Of a DNA stretch of 64,000 nucleotides, positions 60,532 to 64,000 are shown in pieces (within the stretch, counting starts at the first letter, position 1; the number at the start of each line of letters is the position of its first letter). The notes beneath the pieces were generated by a model that saw nothing but the letters and a program-made list of their open reading frames with translations, did not search any database and had not been told where the DNA came from. This DNA comes from an uncultured archaeon (GTDB taxonomy: Archaea; Asgardarchaeota; Thorarchaeia; Thorarchaeales; Thorarchaeaceae), in assembly GCA_964631415.1 (NCBI GenBank), contig CAZVZC010000002.1:79362-143361 (forward strand), read 5' to 3'. The translations under genes were made by a program, and so were the position numbers.

Positions 60532-60683
60532 AACGAATCCTCCGAGTCAGGGTTGGTCCGATGACAATGATATAAGTACTCCGATGAAAGCTGAACATGG
60601 ATGGGAGCGTCAACATTCATGAGGGGTGAAAGATGAACAGGCGCTGTTCCATGACCATCACCACGCATCCGAGAATGCTTGTT

Positions 60684-61610
60684 CTACCACAATTGCTGCT
60701 CGGGCCCAGACTCGATTCTTGACATAAGGTCCTTGTAGAGTACAGCTTGGAAGACATAGTTCAGTGGACCAGTCGTCACTGTGCTGACAATCAACAGGAC
60801 AACATTGAACAACCATTGACTGTGCAGGACCACAGGAGCGAGCACAATTTCGATTACCCATCCGATCAACAGGACTGCGAAGCCAAGCATGAACCTCCCC
60901 CCAAAGACGTGCCAGAATCGGCTCTTTGTTATCTGGAAGGTTCTCTTGAAGGCGCCCACAACCGACAATTCCTCAGCAACGACTAGTGCCACCAACGGGG
61001 CCATTCGGACTGACAGGTAGACGACGATGGCGAAGCTGATGAACAGCAGCGGCGCAAGCGCCAGAAACTGACTCACAACAGCAGGATCCATTAGGTCGTC
61101 GGGAAGCTCCGCCAACATCAGGTTAGCTGGCAACAGCACACCTGTCGTCACAAGACTGAATACGAGTTGGACACCTATCAGTTTCCACAACCGACCAAAG
61201 GCAAATCTGACGCCGAATCCAGCGTCCCCGGGGTTTCCTGTCCCATAATTGTCCAACGCTAGTTTCGTCACTGCACCACCAAAGATGGCAAACATGATTA
61301 TGCCAAACAGCATCAGGGGGACATTGACAAGAACAGCAGTACTGTCCCAACCACTCACAAGGAAGCTCGAAAGTAGTGACAAAGGGTCTGTGGATACGCT
61401 GATGGGTCCACCCGCGCCATAGATTGCCCCTAGCACTGCGGCTTCTATCGGAATGAGACCCAAGCCCACTATGCATGATATGACAAAGTAGTATATCAGC
61501 CCTCGCGACCACAGCGCGAATGTTCTCGAAACAAGACCAAGCGCATTGACCCTGAACCGGGACCGCCCGGAATCTGGCTTTGCGACACCGGGTCCTTCAT
61601 CTATTTCCAT
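60684..61610 (-). CDS. Multi-TM membrane protein, paralogue 2
   Basis: LVSRTFALW, GGAVTKLALDNYGT, FWHVFGGR, YVFQAVLYKDL. Confidence 0.75.
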   Translation of the reverse strand: MEIDEGPGVAKPDSGRSRFRVNALGLVSRTFALWSRGLIYYFVISCIVGLGLIPIEAAVLGAIYGAGGPISVSTDPLSLLSSFLVSGWDSTAVLVNVPLMLFGIIMFAIFGGAVTKLALDNYGTGNPGDAGFGVRFAFGRLWKLIGVQLVFSLVTTGVLLPANLMLAELPDDLMDPAVVSQFLALAPLLFISFAIVVYLSVRMAPLVALVVAEELSVVGAFKRTFQITKSRFWHVFGGRFMLGFAVLLIGWVIEIVLAPVVLHSQWLFNVVLLIVSTVTTGPLNYVFQAVLYKDLMSRIESGPEQQLW

Positions 61611-61931
61611 GCTGACGTCTCCTAGAGGATTGGACTGAAACACGTCTTATGACTGCTTCGATGTGTCGACTCATGGTATGACTGCGGACTCATCTACGCT
61701 GGCTTCGGACGGACGTCCGCGATCTCCATGAACTTCATCAAAGACACGTTCAAGGAGGTTCAGAGAACAGAGGAGGGAATTGCTCGTCAAAGTTGTTCTC
61801 CACAACGCAGGACGCCAGAGCTTCTTGGAACACATTAGTCGATGACGCTTCAAGCAGCTCCTCAGTCCCTCAAGAAAAAAGAGCGACAGGTTTAAGCATT
61901 TCAAGATAAACCAGATAACCGGGGACTGGTC

Positions 61932-62171
61932 ATGGAGAACAGATGGTGGGGCGTTTCTTTGGTTATCATTGGTGCACTCGGTCTGGTTGCATGGTCCTTC
62001 GGTGCTAATATGCTGTTCCAGTACCTAATCGCTGAAGTGTACAATGGTGACCCAGGTGAACCCATTTGGGTGCTTGCACCTGAGTATGCACTCTTGGCCC
62101 TAATACCGGCTTCATTCCTGTTATATGGGTCATGTGTCCTACTGTTTTCAAGAGTGCTGTCACCAGAGTAG
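61932..62171 (+). CDS. Small two-TM protein
   Basis: Two hydrophobic helices; TTTAAG box upstream. Confidence 0.55.
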   Translation: MENRWWGVSLVIIGALGLVAWSFGANMLFQYLIAEVYNGDPGEPIWVLAPEYALLALIPASFLLYGSCVLLFSRVLSPE

Positions 62172-62268
62172 GAAACCGAAAACAGAAGGGTTCCGATAGT
62201 CTGAGTCCGAATTCTTTCTACATTCATGATTATCATATTGTAGACTGTGTGCACAATGTGGAATGCTC

Positions 62269-63861
62269 TTATGCCGGTTTGGGCCGCACATCAGCGATTT
62301 CCATGAACTTCAGGCCGCCAGCCTTCTCCATCAGGTCCTCAAAAGCGATAATCACGACTCTCGGAGTTATCTCAGTGGCATTCTTCGTAATCCTCTGGAT
62401 CTCGTACACCAACGAATCGTGGTCACCGCTGACGGGTCCTCGCGGGGCGACGTACATGTTTAGGACATCCATGCTGTATGGATCATTCATGTCCTCCTTT
62501 GCGACTTCAACCTGAACCTCCTCGACGTCCCTGAGGCTGAGTATGTCTGTCCTCAGGGCAGTCAGATTCACAGTAGCCCCCTTGACCTTCTTCTCAGCCA
62601 GACCCATCACGGCGATCTGTGCTTCAGCATCATTCTCGCGGCCGATGTCCCAGAAGAAGGGTCCATCCATGCCACATATAGAACACTTCGCATTCTCGTG
62701 TCGTGATGCAAGATCGCCCAACAGAAATCCCTCAAAGATCGTGCCAGTGCCGTCCAAGTGGAAGAGAGTCACGTGCCCAGGTTCATTCTCGCCGACGAAA
62801 TCGTAAGAGCCGTCCTTATTGATCTTCACGAAGTCAAATGATATCTCCAGAGGGCTTACATTGTGATATGGGCCTTTGTAGTCACACTGCACAGCGAAGG
62901 ATATCTTGCTCTCGGAAGACGCATATCCGCCGATGACGCGGACCTCTTTTGCACCCTTGTCAGTCAGTATCTGGACAATGTCGCTGGCAACGCGGTCGTA
63001 GATCTTCTCACCAGCGAGCAGAACCACTACTTTCTCAGGCGCAGTGTAGTCCGCCTCAGCCATGGCCTTGAAGAAACGGTTTCTCAAGTAGCTCGGCATG
63101 CCGGCGAATCCATTGGCCTTGAACACCTTTGCCAGCTCGACAAGCTTCTCAGTTGGGATTGCGCCGCCTGCACTCGTGGCTACGTAGAACTTGGACATCT
63201 GCCTCAGACCAAGATTGACTGCATGCCAGCCAAGATGAGGGGCGTAAGGAAACAGATTCATGCTTATGAGTTCCCAACCGCTGGACACCCAGGGATCCAC
63301 TGCCATCTGTCCGACCTTCACACAGTTCTGATACAACATGTCATGGTCGTATCGCGTCAGAAACACAGGTGATGGTAGACCTGATGCCCGGCCTGAACTC
63401 AGCCAGAACTGGAGCGGTGCGTACATGAAAGTCATTCGCTCCTTGAGTCGGTCCATTGCTCCCTTGGCCCCGACATGGAGCTTGACCTTGACACCATTGT
63501 TTCGGATGAACTTGTAGTCGGCGTCGTGTCCTGTGGCCTTTGAGTATGTCATTAGGGTCCTGACAATCTCTGCAGGCGGCCGACTTGCTCCATCTACCTC
63601 AGACGGGTTCAGTACAAAGGACCTGAGATTGTCCTTGTACTCAGCCTTCTTCACCAGTGGAATCTTGAACTTCGCCCAGTCTTCGATGCACGTTATGTTG
63701 AACGGGTCGATATTCATCTGCTTGAAGAGCTTGCGATAGTAAGGATGATTGGGCCAAACCTGGTACCTGATGAACGCCCTGAACTTCTTGTCCTGTATCT
63801 CCTTAATCTCTTCATGGTTCGTTCTCTTCAGTTCCTGAAACGTGAAGGTGGACCGGGTCAT
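62269..63861 (-). CDS. Phenylacetate-CoA ligase (PaaK)-like ANL adenylating enzyme
   Basis: HPYYRKLF, IPLVKK, SSGRASGLP (P-loop-like), GMPSY, AGEK, GYASSE, LLGD, KVKGATV. Confidence 0.78.
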   Translation of the reverse strand: MTRSTFTFQELKRTNHEEIKEIQDKKFRAFIRYQVWPNHPYYRKLFKQMNIDPFNITCIEDWAKFKIPLVKKAEYKDNLRSFVLNPSEVDGASRPPAEIVRTLMTYSKATGHDADYKFIRNNGVKVKLHVGAKGAMDRLKERMTFMYAPLQFWLSSGRASGLPSPVFLTRYDHDMLYQNCVKVGQMAVDPWVSSGWELISMNLFPYAPHLGWHAVNLGLRQMSKFYVATSAGGAIPTEKLVELAKVFKANGFAGMPSYLRNRFFKAMAEADYTAPEKVVVLLAGEKIYDRVASDIVQILTDKGAKEVRVIGGYASSESKISFAVQCDYKGPYHNVSPLEISFDFVKINKDGSYDFVGENEPGHVTLFHLDGTGTIFEGFLLGDLASRHENAKCSICGMDGPFFWDIGRENDAEAQIAVMGLAEKKVKGATVNLTALRTDILSLRDVEEVQVEVAKEDMNDPYSMDVLNMYVAPRGPVSGDHDSLVYEIQRITKNATEITPRVVIIAFEDLMEKAGGLKFMEIADVRPKPA

Positions 63862-64000
63862 ACCTACGACAACCTCCAAACTGGACTTCGGCGGTAAGCG
63901 CAGTAGGCTAGGAACGGCTGGAATCCCCCCGATAAACGTTCCGAGCCCCTAGACAGAGGAAACAACGGCTCGATTCATCAAGAGTAGAAACCCATAATAG

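Noticed and set aside
1-64000. CRISPR arrays, IS elements, integrases, proviral genes, rRNA
   Set aside because: No regularly spaced repeats, terminal inverted repeats with a transposase, or recognisable viral/rRNA sequence seen.

Overview
Ordinary-looking chromosomal DNA from an archaeon, most likely an Asgard archaeon (Thorarchaeia-like). This is inferred from archaeal gene content plus eukaryotic-signature genes: a Snf7/ESCRT-III subunit, an E2F/DP-like RRxYD winged-helix protein and a presenilin-like GxGD protease. I found no rRNA, tRNA, CRISPR array, integrase or transposase. Housekeeping genes include GDH, PRPP synthetase, uridine phosphorylase, IMPase, SerB, ThrC, SurE, WecB, PGI/PMI, an expanded Opp peptide ABC transporter, SPFH/NfeD and a PaaK-like ligase. 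The strongest leads are: (1) a ~10 kb cluster (46989-57307) built from CDC48-N-like, vWA and amidohydrolase modules, in which an 877-aa protein is a catalytically dead, fused mirror copy of the two divergently transcribed active genes next to it; (2) an E2F/DP-like transcription factor at the edge of that cluster; (3) a chlI/chlD-like pair joined by an A9G slippery site with an open -1 frame, predicting a membrane-anchored AAA-TM-TM-vWA transframe protein; (4) a GCS2-type ligase fused to several Ig-like domains behind a possible dead glutamyl-hydrolase-fold gene; (5) a 56-aa histone missed by the ORF track; (6) a multi-hairpin/pseudoknot intergenic RNA candidate; (7) circularly permuted OppA paralogues flanking the presenilin-like gene. 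All family assignments come from motif recognition by eye; no searches were run.
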